A stretch of DNA of 64,000 nucleotides from contig JAWKPM010000010.1 in NCBI GenBank assembly GCA_041390625.1, forward strand, positions 42,514-106,513, read 5' to 3'. The DNA comes from Dehalococcoidia bacterium. GTDB lineage: Bacteria > Chloroflexota > Dehalococcoidia > UBA2979. Position numbers and translations under genes: made by a program. Of the stretch, positions 50,075-59,296 are shown piece by piece. Below the pieces are notes generated by a model. It searched no databases, was not told where the DNA came from, and worked only from the letters and a program-made list of their open reading frames with translations. Position 1 is the first letter of the stretch. Each line of letters starts with the position of its first letter.

Positions 50075-51355
50075 ATGCGTGCGAAGCGATTCGGGACGTG
50101 GCTGGCCGCGCTCGCGCTTGTCCTCACCGCCGTTGTGGCCTCGTGGGTGGCAACGCCGGCGGGGACGGTCGAGGCCGACGGCGGATCGCTGACGGGCGAG
50201 GTGCCGAGGCCGGGCAGCATCGGGCTGTTGGTGTGGTCCGGTGGAGGCCTCGACGAACTCGAAGCGGCGGCCTCGGGCGGCGGCTGCGAGCTGCGCTCGC
50301 TCTGGACCGCCGAGGGCGGGCGCCTCGTGGGGTACATCGTCGGCGCGCCGGAGGCGGTGAACCGCTCCTTCCTCGGCTGGCACCCGTCGCGCATCCTCGA
50401 CGTGAACACGCCGGTGATCCTCGTGTGCCGCCCGGCGGGCAGCTCCTCAGGCGGTGGCTCGAGCGGCGGGGGCGGCGGCTCGACCTCGGGCGCGGCATGG
50501 CACACGGGCGCGCCGAGCTGCCCGGTCTTCCCTTCGACGAACGCGTGGAACACGGACATCTCGACGGCGCCCGTGCATCCTCAGTCCGCGGAGTGGATCG
50601 CCTCCGTCGGCCTCGGCGGGCACATGCACCCGGACTTCGGGACGGTGTGGCAGGGCGCGCCGATCGGGATTCCCTACGTCGTGGTGACAGGCGACGTGCC
50701 GCTGGCCTCGGTGAGCTTCGACTACGCAGACGAGAGCGACCCGGGGCCGTACCCCATCCCCTCGGACGTGCCGATCGAGGCCGGGTCGGACTCGCACGTC
50801 CTGGTCGTCGACGACCGCACGTGCACGCTGTACGAGCTCTTCGCGGCCGAGCAGCAGGCGGTCAACCGCTGGCATGCGGGCTCCGGCGCGGTCTTCGACC
50901 TGACCTCGAACGCGCTGCGGCCCGACTCGTGGACCTCGGCCGATGCGGCGGGGCTGCCGATCTTCCCCGGCCTCGTGCGGTACGACGAGGTGACGGCGGG
51001 CGCGATCACCCACGCGCTGCGTTTCACCGCGAGCCGCACACAGCGCGCCTATCTGCACCCGGCGACGCACTGGGCCTCGAGCACCGAAGACGCCTCGGTG
51101 CCGCCGATGGGCGCGCGGTTCCGCATGCGCGCCTCGTACGACTGCTCGGGGTACAGCACCGAGGTGCAGGTGATCTGCGACGCGCTGAAGCGCTACGGAA
51201 TGCTACTCGCCGACAACGGGAGCAACTGGTACCTGAGCGGCGCGCCCGACCCTCGATGGGACGACGAGGCGCTGCGTGACCTGCGATCGATCCCGGGCAG
51301 CGCCTTCGAGGTCGTGGACACCGGGCAGCGCCTGCACACGCCGGCGAACCCCTAG
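50075..51355 (+). CDS. Secreted two-domain protein (hypothetical)
   Basis: Signal peptide MRAKRFGTWLAALALVLTAVVASWVA. Gly/Ser linker (SSGGGSSGGGGGS) between an N-domain and a ~280-aa C-domain. Confidence 0.6.
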   Translation: MRAKRFGTWLAALALVLTAVVASWVATPAGTVEADGGSLTGEVPRPGSIGLLVWSGGGLDELEAAASGGGCELRSLWTAEGGRLVGYIVGAPEAVNRSFLGWHPSRILDVNTPVILVCRPAGSSSGGGSSGGGGGSTSGAAWHTGAPSCPVFPSTNAWNTDISTAPVHPQSAEWIASVGLGGHMHPDFGTVWQGAPIGIPYVVVTGDVPLASVSFDYADESDPGPYPIPSDVPIEAGSDSHVLVVDDRTCTLYELFAAEQQAVNRWHAGSGAVFDLTSNALRPDSWTSADAAGLPIFPGLVRYDEVTAGAITHALRFTASRTQRAYLHPATHWASSTEDASVPPMGARFRMRASYDCSGYSTEVQVICDALKRYGMLLADNGSNWYLSGAPDPRWDDEALRDLRSIPGSAFEVVDTGQRLHTPANP

Positions 51356-52287
51356 CGCACGGCCTCGATGCCCCCGCCCGCCGTCTTGCGGGCGTAGACC
51401 TGCTCGCCGCGTGCCTCCGGCTCGAACGCGAGGTCGGACCAGCGTGGATCGCGTCTCAGCTCGTCGACCATCCGCACCTCACCCGGCAACGCGGGCGTGA
51501 CGTGGAAGACGAAGCACCCGTCGGCCTTCACAGCCGGCCACCAGCGGCGGAAGAGGCTCCATGCCAGCTCATAGTCGGGGCTGCAGTGCAGGAGCACGAG
51601 GTCGAACGACTCCCGCTCGAGGTCGTATTCGAGCGCGTCGGCCAGCAGTACCTCGGCACGATCTTCAAGGCGAAAGCGCTTCAGAGCGCGATGGAGGGCC
51701 TCGTCATACTCGGTCTGACCACCGGCAGCATCGTTGTCGAGCGACACGACGTGACCGCCCGCGGCCGCCAGCAGGAGGGTCGTGCCACCCTTGTACCGCC
51801 CGAGCTCGGCGACGCGCGGGGACTCCATGTGGGCGACGCGGCGGTAGAGGTCGGCCGCCTGGTCGAAGCGGAGCTGGCTGAGCGAGTAGTTGACCGCGCT
51901 CGACTCGAAGAGCCAGCTGCAGTCCTCGAAGCCGCGAATCGCATCGAGGTCGGTCGGCACCTGACGGTCGAAGTCGGCCTCGACGACCTGACGCCACTGG
52001 AGGTCGGAGACGAGCTCGCGTTCCGTGCTCGGATCGGCGAGCAGGCAGCGGATCACCTCGCGCCTCAGCAGGGCGGGACGCAGGAGGGTCCGCTCAACCG
52101 AGCGCACGACGCGCTTCGCCGAGTCCATCGCGCGACGGGTGAACGACGGCCCGACCAAGCCGTGCAGGAATGAAGCCGAGAGTGATGGGGTGCTCATGGC
52201 ACTTACCACGTTACCCACGTCGGACCCGAACTCGACTGAACCGCTCCTGAGCCTGCGCTGAATCCGCGGCAGCCGATCCCGCTTCAC
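51352..52287 (-). CDS. Class I SAM-dependent methyltransferase (macrocin-O-methyltransferase/CmcI-like)
   Basis: ..VAELGRYKGGTTLLLAAAGG.VVSLDND.. Rossmann SAM motif. The start is uncertain (the alternative ATG at 52197 is possibly the true start). Confidence 0.6.
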   Translation of the reverse strand: MKRDRLPRIQRRLRSGSVEFGSDVGNVVSAMSTPSLSASFLHGLVGPSFTRRAMDSAKRVVRSVERTLLRPALLRREVIRCLLADPSTERELVSDLQWRQVVEADFDRQVPTDLDAIRGFEDCSWLFESSAVNYSLSQLRFDQAADLYRRVAHMESPRVAELGRYKGGTTLLLAAAGGHVVSLDNDAAGGQTEYDEALHRALKRFRLEDRAEVLLADALEYDLERESFDLVLLHCSPDYELAWSLFRRWWPAVKADGCFVFHVTPALPGEVRMVDELRRDPRWSDLAFEPEARGEQVYARKTAGGGIEAVR

Positions 52288-52488
52288 GAGGGTGACGAAG
52301 ACCGGCCCCGAAGGCCGGCGGCTCGCCGTTCAATCTCGGTGTCGGCGTGGCAGTCGGAACGGACGAAGTGCGGCGATCTGCCTCGGAAGACGCAATCGAC
52401 CCTTTACTGGCCGGGCATACCTGCTACCGATGCCATATATTCAAGCGCCTCGTCAGCGGAGACACTCCGCCCCGCGAGGAGGTGCCGC

Positions 52489-52989
52489 ATGTCATTCCTG
52501 AGCGCTGACCAGCAGGCGCTGGCAACCGAGATCGGAACCATGCTCACCGAGCGTGGCGAGCGGGTGGCCGTCGCGGAGTCGACGACGGGCGGGCTGATCT
52601 CAGCGGCGCTGCTGTGGGTGCCGGGCGCCTCGAGGTACTTCGCGGGGGGTGGGGTCGTCTACACGCTGAACTCGCGCATCGCGCTGGCGGGGGTGTCGCC
52701 CGAGCAGTACGAGAACTATCGAGGGACGACGCCGGAGATGCTGGCGGACCTTGCGGAGTCGATGCGCGCGCGGCTCGAGGCGGCGTGGGGCATCGGCGAG
52801 TCCGGGCTGGCGGGGCCGGGACCGGGGCGCTCAGGCGCGCCGGCGGGGCGCACGACGCTGGCGGTGGCGGGGCCGGTCAGCCGCACCTCGGTGATCGAGA
52901 CGGGCATCGATGATCGCGGCGAGAACATGTCGCGCTTCCTGACGGAGGCGCTGACCTTCTTCCGCGACGCCGTCCGCGAGGCCTCGTAG
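52489..52989 (+). CDS. CinA C-terminal domain protein (nicotinamide-nucleotide amidohydrolase PncC-like)
   Basis: ATG 6 nt after GAGGAGG. VAVAESTTGGLISAAL... Confidence 0.8.
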   Translation: MSFLSADQQALATEIGTMLTERGERVAVAESTTGGLISAALLWVPGASRYFAGGGVVYTLNSRIALAGVSPEQYENYRGTTPEMLADLAESMRARLEAAWGIGESGLAGPGPGRSGAPAGRTTLAVAGPVSRTSVIETGIDDRGENMSRFLTEALTFFRDAVREAS

Positions 52990-53001
52990 CTCGAGCGCGT
53001 C

Positions 53002-53703
53002 CTACTCGACGGTGAACTCCGTGTGCATGCCGGAGGCGTAGTGGTCCTCGGTTGAGCCGGCCTCGCCCGGGGCGATCAGACAGGCCAGCTGGTAGGTACC
53101 GGGCTCGAGGGTGGCGACGACCTCGCCGCTCTGGCCCGGCTCGAGGCCCTCGACCTCGGCGATCTCGAAGCGCTCGCCGTTCTCGCCGATCGCGAGGATG
53201 GCGAGCTCGTGGGTCATCGTCTCCGACTCGTTGTGGGCGACGAAGCGGACCGTGCCGGCCTCGACGCTCGGCGCGCTCGGGGTGACGCTCCACTCGGCGA
53301 GCGCGACATCGATGGACGCGGTTGCGGCGGACGGATCCACGGCGGCGCTGCCTTCGCCGGCGACGAGCTCGATGATGGTCGTCGGTCCGTCCGGGCTGTA
53401 GCACTTCACGAGGTAGGTGGCGTCGGTCGCGTCCGGCACCGTGTAGTCGATGTGCCTCGTGCGGCCGTCGGGCACGAGGACTTCCTCGATGCGGGTGCCC
53501 TCGATGCCCTCGAACTCGCGGTCGGCGTTGGCGTGGTTGTTCACGTTGAACGTGATCGCCTCGCCCGGGGTGACGGCGACGGTGGCAGGCGCGCAGGCCT
53601 CGGGTTCGACCTCGATGTCGATTTCTCGGCCCTCGGCGCTGCTGCTGCAGGCGAGAGTGACGATGGCGGTCAGTGCGAGGAGGGTCGCGACGAAGCGCTT
53701 CAT
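53002..53703 (-). CDS. Cupredoxin-like lipoprotein coupled to the FTR1 permease (EfeO-Cup/P19-like role)
   Basis: MKRFVATLLALTAIVTLACSS lipobox. ATGA overlap with the upstream permease stop. Paralog of 9426-9938 (shared C-terminal LEPGTYQLACLI...TEDHY.SGMHTEFTVE). Confidence 0.7.
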   Translation of the reverse strand: MKRFVATLLALTAIVTLACSSSAEGREIDIEVEPEACAPATVAVTPGEAITFNVNNHANADREFEGIEGTRIEEVLVPDGRTRHIDYTVPDATDATYLVKCYSPDGPTTIIELVAGEGSAAVDPSAATASIDVALAEWSVTPSAPSVEAGTVRFVAHNESETMTHELAILAIGENGERFEIAEVEGLEPGQSGEVVATLEPGTYQLACLIAPGEAGSTEDHYASGMHTEFTVE

Positions 53704-54596
53704 CGGGCGTGCTGCCTTTCGGAGTCCCCGGCGTGTCCGCTCGGGGTCGGAGTTTCGTTGGTACCGGCCGGGGCCGGCATGAGCCGCGTGGTCGGATGCG
53801 GCCAGAAGAGGAAGAACGCGACGCCGGAGACCAGGTAGCCCCAGAAGAGCGCGATCTGACCCCAGGTGGGCGCCGGGTCGTAGCCCAGCAGGGTGTGGAA
53901 GAACTTGCCGGAGGCGTCGGTGAGCGACAGCCAGGAGTCCGTGTCCCACGGGCGGCTGCCGAGGTTCGCGATGAAACCGGACTCCTGGAGCTCCGCGATG
54001 CCGTTCGAGACCATGCCGGCCGCGATCACGAGGACGGCGATGCCGCTCACGGTGAAGAACTGGCGGAGCGGGAGGCGATGCGAGCCTCGGTAGACGACGT
54101 AGCCGAGGGCTGCCGCCACGGCAAAACCCGCCACGGCGCCGAACCAGAACATCGCGGGCGAGCCAGAGGCTGTCGTTGAGCCGGCGAAGAGGAAGACCCC
54201 GGTCTCGATGCCCTCGCGCATGACGGAGAGGAAGGCGAGGCCGGCGAGCCCCCACCTCGATGAGCCGGAGAGCGCGACGTTGACCTGGCGGCGCAGCTCG
54301 GCGCCGATGCCGGCTGCCTGGCGGCGCATCCAGAACACCATCCAGGTCAGGACAACGACGGCGACGAGCATCATCACGCCCTCGAAGGCCTCGCTGGCGG
54401 CGGGCGAGAGGTCACGCGATGTCACCTCGAGGGCGACGACGACGACCGAGGAGAGGGCGACCGCGAGCCCGGCGCCGAGCCAGACCCGACCGAAGTGGGC
54501 GCGGTTGCCCGTGCGAGCGAGGTAGCCCAGGACGATCGCCAGCACGAGCGCGATCTCGAAGCCCTCGCGAAGCGTGATGAGGAATGAGAACAGCAA
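53700..54596 (-). CDS. FTR1/EfeU-family high-affinity iron permease
   Basis: Two REXXE motifs (LREGFEIALVL and VMREGIETGVFL). 7 TM helices. Confidence 0.85.
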   Translation of the reverse strand: MLFSFLITLREGFEIALVLAIVLGYLARTGNRAHFGRVWLGAGLAVALSSVVVVALEVTSRDLSPAASEAFEGVMMLVAVVVLTWMVFWMRRQAAGIGAELRRQVNVALSGSSRWGLAGLAFLSVMREGIETGVFLFAGSTTASGSPAMFWFGAVAGFAVAAALGYVVYRGSHRLPLRQFFTVSGIAVLVIAAGMVSNGIAELQESGFIANLGSRPWDTDSWLSLTDASGKFFHTLLGYDPAPTWGQIALFWGYLVSGVAFFLFWPHPTTRLMPAPAGTNETPTPSGHAGDSERQHAR

Positions 54597-54643
54597 TGGA
54601 TGCCCCCGCGGCAGCCGTCACGCTGTATCAGCAGCGTCACGTT

Positions 54644-54658
54644 GTTAGCATGACCTAC
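54644..54658. promoter_or_regulatory. Candidate DtxR/IdeR-type iron box upstream of the FTR1 operon
   Basis: On the gene strand it reads TAGGTCATGCTAACA, which matches 13 of 17 positions of TAGGTTAGGCTAACCTA. It lies in a lower-GC promoter region. Confidence 0.3.
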
Positions 54659-54792
54659 CTTCCGTCTATTGTCGAACCTACCACAAGGGAAATGTGTGTC
54701 CCCCACGAGGCACGCAGAGGGCCCCCTCCTCGTGAGGAGGTCGGCGATGGGCGCGGCCGCGGGGCCTGAAGGGTCGAGGTCGCGGGGGAGCG

Positions 54793-55698
54793 CTAGTCCT
54801 CGGAGCCGCGGAGGAACTGCTCGATGTCGCGCAGCAGCTCATCGGGAGCGGGCAGCTCGGCTGTCTCGCCCTCGGCGGGCGTGGGGCCACCGCCGGCGGC
54901 CGCGACGACCGAGTCGTACTGGTCCTCCATCTGCTCGACGGCGCGACGGAGGTCGCTGGAGCGCTCCATCTCCTCGTTCGCGCGCTCGCGCAGTTCGTCG
55001 GCGTGCTGGCGCAGCTCGTCCATCGAGGTCTCGGTGCCGGCGATGCGGTCGAGGGCCTCGGTGAGGGCGACCATCGCGAAGGGGTTGGGCACGACGCCGA
55101 GGTAGTTCGGGACGATCGCGCCGAGGCCGGCCGTCACGCCGCCGGACTGTGCGAAGAGCGTGCTGACGAGGCCACCGAAGTCGACGGGGCCCTCGTAGCG
55201 GGTGATCTGCGGGGTGCGACCGAGCCTCGATGCGACCGCCTCGTCGTTGGTGGTGAGGCGGATGATCGAGGGCTTCGTGTGCGGCACGGGCGCGGGCCAG
55301 GTGCGGAGGACGACGAGCGACCCCACCTTGTGCTCGGTGAGCAGGGCGACGATCGAGCCGGCGAAGGCGGGCCAGCGCAGGTGCGGCTCGATGCCGGCGA
55401 GCGTCAGGATGTCGGGCCGGTCGGGGCTCGAGGGGAGCAGTCGCACCTCGTTCTGCGGCCAGTCGACGACGCGTTCGTCATCGACGAGTCGCACGGTCGG
55501 GGGCATGACGGTGAAGTCGTAGAACTCGTCGGGCGGTATGTCTGCGACCACCTCGGCGTGGTGGGCGAGCTCGAACTGGTTCAGGGTGGCGGCGGCCGTC
55601 GAGTTGTAGCCGTTCTTGCGGATGAACGTCAGGATGGCGATCGGGTCGCGCAGCTCGCCGAGCTCACGACGCAACTGCAGGGACGAACGTTCGAGCAT
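54793..55698 (-). CDS. PAC2-family protein
   Basis: 301 aa. PAC2 pattern with a charged C-terminal tail. Confidence 0.7.
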   Translation of the reverse strand: MLERSSLQLRRELGELRDPIAILTFIRKNGYNSTAAATLNQFELAHHAEVVADIPPDEFYDFTVMPPTVRLVDDERVVDWPQNEVRLLPSSPDRPDILTLAGIEPHLRWPAFAGSIVALLTEHKVGSLVVLRTWPAPVPHTKPSIIRLTTNDEAVASRLGRTPQITRYEGPVDFGGLVSTLFAQSGGVTAGLGAIVPNYLGVVPNPFAMVALTEALDRIAGTETSMDELRQHADELRERANEEMERSSDLRRAVEQMEDQYDSVVAAAGGGPTPAEGETAELPAPDELLRDIEQFLRGSED

Positions 55699-55848
55699 GG
55701 TGACGGGCCTCCCGCCGGCCTCGATACCGGCAACCGGGCATCGAGGTCCATCCCCAAGTGTGGTCGAGCGCGGTGATGGCGTCGAGAGGGAAGGCCCGCA
55801 CGGCTTCGGACGGCCCGCGTCAGCCCTCGGCGAGGTCTCCCGAAGGTG

Positions 55849-56244
55849 CTAGTTCGTGGCGGGCGCGGGATCGCCGAGGGCGGGCGCGCTCGTGCGGCGG
55901 TCCTTCGAGCGCGAGGCCGGCGCCGGCGCGGCGGCTGCGCGGTACCGCGAGATGGCGCGGTCGAGGAGGGTCTCGGCGAGGGTCAACGCCTCGATCTCAG
56001 CGCGGGCGGAGGCGCGGAGGCGGTCGGTACGCACCAGCTCGACGACACCTTCGACATCGAGGGCCAGTCGGTCACCGGCGTCGGTGCGCTGGAGCGGCGC
56101 CGGGCGTTGGCGGCGCAGGTGCGGCCTCGGGAGGCTGACGCGCGAGCGGCCGAGAGAGATGGCGCCCAGCAGCAGCACGACGAGCGTCGCGGCGCCGCCG
56201 GCGGCGGCGATCACGAGGGGACCGCTCAGCGTTCCTTCGTCCAC
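55849..56244 (-). CDS. Membrane-anchored hypothetical protein (N-terminal TM, C-terminal helix)
   Basis: GTG 6 nt after GGGAG. LVIAAAGGAATLVVLLLGAISL is a single TM segment. Confidence 0.45.
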   Translation of the reverse strand: MDEGTLSGPLVIAAAGGAATLVVLLLGAISLGRSRVSLPRPHLRRQRPAPLQRTDAGDRLALDVEGVVELVRTDRLRASARAEIEALTLAETLLDRAISRYRAAAAPAPASRSKDRRTSAPALGDPAPATN

Positions 56245-56413
56245 AGTCGACTCCCGCCGAGGCGCGTCGAGCGCCAGCGCCCCGCCTCGGATGTCCGAGC
56301 GCGGGGCTGCCAATCAGTCACGTTGTCCACGGGACTTGTACACGGTGGCGGGAGCGGTTGTCCACAACGATTCGTGGACCGGCGCGGCGGGGCGCCCTCG
56401 GGACGAAGCCGGG

Positions 56414-56728
56414 CTAGGCGGCCTCGTCGGAGAGGCGGAAGTCGCCGCGCTGGCGGGCGAGCGAGCGCTCGAGGCTCGCGACCTCGCCATCGACGGGCGG
56501 CTTCTCCGGCGCGGCATCCGAGGCCCACTCGGCGGACTCGGTGCTGTTCGGGAACTGCTTCTCCTCGTTGCAGGAGCGGCAGCGACCGAGGCTGAACGGG
56601 CCGTTCGGCGGCTCAATCACCCAGTGATGGGCGTGGGAGGGCCGGATGGGAACGGGCACAGCCTCGGTCGCCGGCGCGGTGACCGCCTCGGCGGTCGCGA
56701 TGGAGTCGACTGGGGTGGGAGCGTCCAA
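56414..56728 (-). CDS. Hypothetical CxxC-containing small protein
   Basis: 104 aa. HHWVIEPPNGPFSLGRCRSCNEEKQFPNS. Confidence 0.45.
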   Translation of the reverse strand: MDAPTPVDSIATAEAVTAPATEAVPVPIRPSHAHHWVIEPPNGPFSLGRCRSCNEEKQFPNSTESAEWASDAAPEKPPVDGEVASLERSLARQRGDFRLSDEAA

Positions 56729-56773
56729 CGACTCAATCCTCTCGATTGTGGCGGGTGGTCCTGGCGCGGCCGG

Positions 56774-57826
56774 CTAGAAGCCGAAGCCGCTGGTCATGAG
56801 CTCGGTCACGTCGGTGACCTCGCCCGGGGACGGCAGCGTTACGTCGACCGGAACGCCGAAGTCGAAGAAGTCGTAGCGGAACTCGAAGCGGGCGCCGGCA
56901 GCGCTCGGGTCGAAGACGCCGAGGTCGAGGTTCATGGCGAAGCGGCGCGTCAGGCCGTCGGAGTCGACCCACACCTCGAGGGGCAGCACGAAGTCGAACA
57001 TGCCCATCTGCTCGTACTGCCACTCGAGCTGGCTCTGCATCGAGGGGTCGATGAGCTCGAACAGCTTCTCGAAGGAGAGCGTGCCGGCCCAGTGGGTCGT
57101 CGGGACGCCGCGCACGTCCTCGAAGCCGACCTCCTCGAAGGAGTCGAGCAGGTCGAGGAGCGGGAGGAAGCTATTCGGGCCGTAGGCGAACGCGTTCTCG
57201 AGACCCGAGCCCTGCAGCCCCTCGAGGGGGACGGCGTTCGTGGGCGCAGCCATCGAGATCCACGGGGTATCGACGCCGAACGCCGTGCCGAAGAAGGGCG
57301 CGTACATGTAGGTCGTGGTGCCGTCGGTGACGACCTCGAAGGTGCCGTTGCCGAACATCGCATCGAGCTCGGCGGCCTCGGCGGCGGTGAGCTCGTAGCG
57401 GAGCGCGTCGAACAGGCTCGAGAAGTCCATGCTCATGTGGCTGCGGCCACTGACGAGGTCGGTCGCCCCCTCGCCGGAGAAGGTCATGGCGCCACCAGGG
57501 AAGTCCGGAATGCCGCCGATCGACATCGCGAAGTCGTAGTGCATGGTCTGCTGGGCGAAGGCGACCTCGGCGGCACGTCGTGCGACCTCGATCTGCGCAG
57601 CGGCCTCGGCGGGCGACTTCTCGCCGGTGGCGGCGCGCACGCCGGCGCCGGACGAGGCCGGCGAGCTCGTGGCATTCGCAGCGGACGGCGCAGTCGAGGA
57701 CGCGCCCTCGGTGGCGGCGGCGGCCTCGGGTGACGGCGACGGCGTCGAGGTGGCCTCGGAGCCGCCGGTGCAGGCGGCGAGCAGGAGGGCCAGCCCCCCG
57801 AGGAGGGCGGTCGTGGTTCGTCGCAT
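56774..57826 (-). CDS. Lipoprotein (hypothetical) with Ser/Ala/Thr-rich linker
   Basis: MRRTTTALLGGLALLLAACTGGS lipobox. ATG after GGGAAGG. Confidence 0.65.
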   Translation of the reverse strand: MRRTTTALLGGLALLLAACTGGSEATSTPSPSPEAAAATEGASSTAPSAANATSSPASSGAGVRAATGEKSPAEAAAQIEVARRAAEVAFAQQTMHYDFAMSIGGIPDFPGGAMTFSGEGATDLVSGRSHMSMDFSSLFDALRYELTAAEAAELDAMFGNGTFEVVTDGTTTYMYAPFFGTAFGVDTPWISMAAPTNAVPLEGLQGSGLENAFAYGPNSFLPLLDLLDSFEEVGFEDVRGVPTTHWAGTLSFEKLFELIDPSMQSQLEWQYEQMGMFDFVLPLEVWVDSDGLTRRFAMNLDLGVFDPSAAGARFEFRYDFFDFGVPVDVTLPSPGEVTDVTELMTSGFGF

Positions 57827-58116
57827 GCCGGGCGTCCTTCCCTTGCACGCGCGCCTCGATAGACGCGCGGCCTCCGATGCGCCTGCGCGCCTCGTCGGTT
57901 TCGTGATACTCGGCGTGGGTGGCGGACGACTGAAGCGAAATCGGTCGGCGGAAATGTATGACGATCGGCAACGAGCGCAGGGCGTCCGTGTCGATGAGCG
58001 ACTCGCCCGCGGCGTTGGGCAGTGCGCGGGCCTCGGGATCGACACGGGGCGAACCGTGCGGTTCGCCCCGTGCGTTCGATGCGTGAACGAGCCTCGATGG
58101 CCCGACGTGGCCTCGG

Positions 58117-58557
58117 CTAGTCCTTACGACTCGGGAGGATGACGTCGGCGGTGCCCTGCAGGGGGCGCTCGCCGCGCTCGTTCTCGAAGAAGACGTCCAT
58201 GCGGATGGTGCCCTCGCCGTCGCCGGGGATGGTGTCGGTCACCAGACCGAGGGCGCGCAGCTTGTCGCCGTGCAGCACGGAGCGCCGGAAGGAGACCTCC
58301 ATGTGCCCGATGCGGCCCTCCTGGCCGGCGAAGTCGTTGAGGACGCGCGACATGAGGTCGAGCTGCATCACGCCCGGCACGATCATGCCCGGCATGCCGT
58401 CGCGCTTGGCGATCTCCGGGTCGTTGAAGCGATTCGGGCCTGCGAGGCGGCTGCCGGGGATCCCGAGGTACTTCAGGACCTTCGGCGTCTCCATCACGAG
58501 CTGCTCGTCGAACTCGTCGCCGGGGTCGATGTCGTCGAAGTAGCGCTGCTCTGCCAT
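58117..58557 (-). CDS. MaoC-like hotdog-fold dehydratase (HadB-like subunit)
   Basis: 146 aa hotdog protein. Overlaps/abuts the upstream hotdog gene. Confidence 0.7.
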   Translation of the reverse strand: MAEQRYFDDIDPGDEFDEQLVMETPKVLKYLGIPGSRLAGPNRFNDPEIAKRDGMPGMIVPGVMQLDLMSRVLNDFAGQEGRIGHMEVSFRRSVLHGDKLRALGLVTDTIPGDGEGTIRMDVFFENERGERPLQGTADVILPSRKD

Positions 58558-58559
58558 CG

Positions 58560-59021
58560 TTACACCTCCCGCCGGACGAACGAGGTCTCGGTCGCGACAA
58601 CCGGGGTGCCGTCCTGGTTGCGGTACTCGGTGCGACGCACCTCGAAGACCATCGAACCGGTGCGGCCGGTCTTCGCGTAGACCTCCTTCACCTGGTTGTA
58701 GGCGGTGACGGTGTCGCCGACACGGAGCGGCGCGAGGCTCTCGATGCGCTCGCCGGCGTGGAACGCGACGCCCGGGAACTGAATCTTCGCGTCGAGCCCG
58801 CGCTCGAGCTGGACCGCGTGCACGAGGCCGGGAGGCGCCGTCAGGGCCCCGTACGGGCCCTTCGCCGCAGCCTCGGGATCGGTGTGGAGCGGGCTGGTCT
58901 CGCCCACGGCCTCGCAGTAGGCCGCGATCTGCTCAGCGGTCACGGTGAAGGAGCCGACCTCGACTTCCTTCCCGATCACGCTCTCGTCGTAGGTCAGCCC
59001 GGGTACCTGGTCTGCCGTCAT
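58560..59021 (-). CDS. MaoC-like hotdog-fold protein (HadA-like subunit)
   Basis: ATG at 59021, 5 nt after AAGGGGG. 153 aa. Confidence 0.7.
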   Translation of the reverse strand: MTADQVPGLTYDESVIGKEVEVGSFTVTAEQIAAYCEAVGETSPLHTDPEAAAKGPYGALTAPPGLVHAVQLERGLDAKIQFPGVAFHAGERIESLAPLRVGDTVTAYNQVKEVYAKTGRTGSMVFEVRRTEYRNQDGTPVVATETSFVRREV

Positions 59022-59296
59022 CGATGCCCCCTTCTCGCGGCGGTGCACGTGCGAATTCGCGCCCACCGCGGCTTCGGCGGCATGGTAGCGGCCTCGACCA
59101 CACCTGTGGAGCGGTTGACGGTCCTCGAACCGGGCCCGTTCGAGGCCTCATGGGCCGTCTGCGGCGGCGCAGGAATACGGAATCATCCGGAATCTGCCGA
59201 CTCTCTGAGTATGCGTCCGTGAACCGGGACCTTCGGGACCCGGGCGGCGCGTACCTCGAGGCCTGCGCGGGCAGGCTCGCCGTCGAGAGGCCGACC

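Noticed and set aside
55856-57733. 625-aa plus-strand ORF
   Set aside because: It is antisense to four well-supported minus-strand genes (membrane protein, CxxC protein, lipoprotein) and is a low-complexity Gly/Arg/Ala translation.
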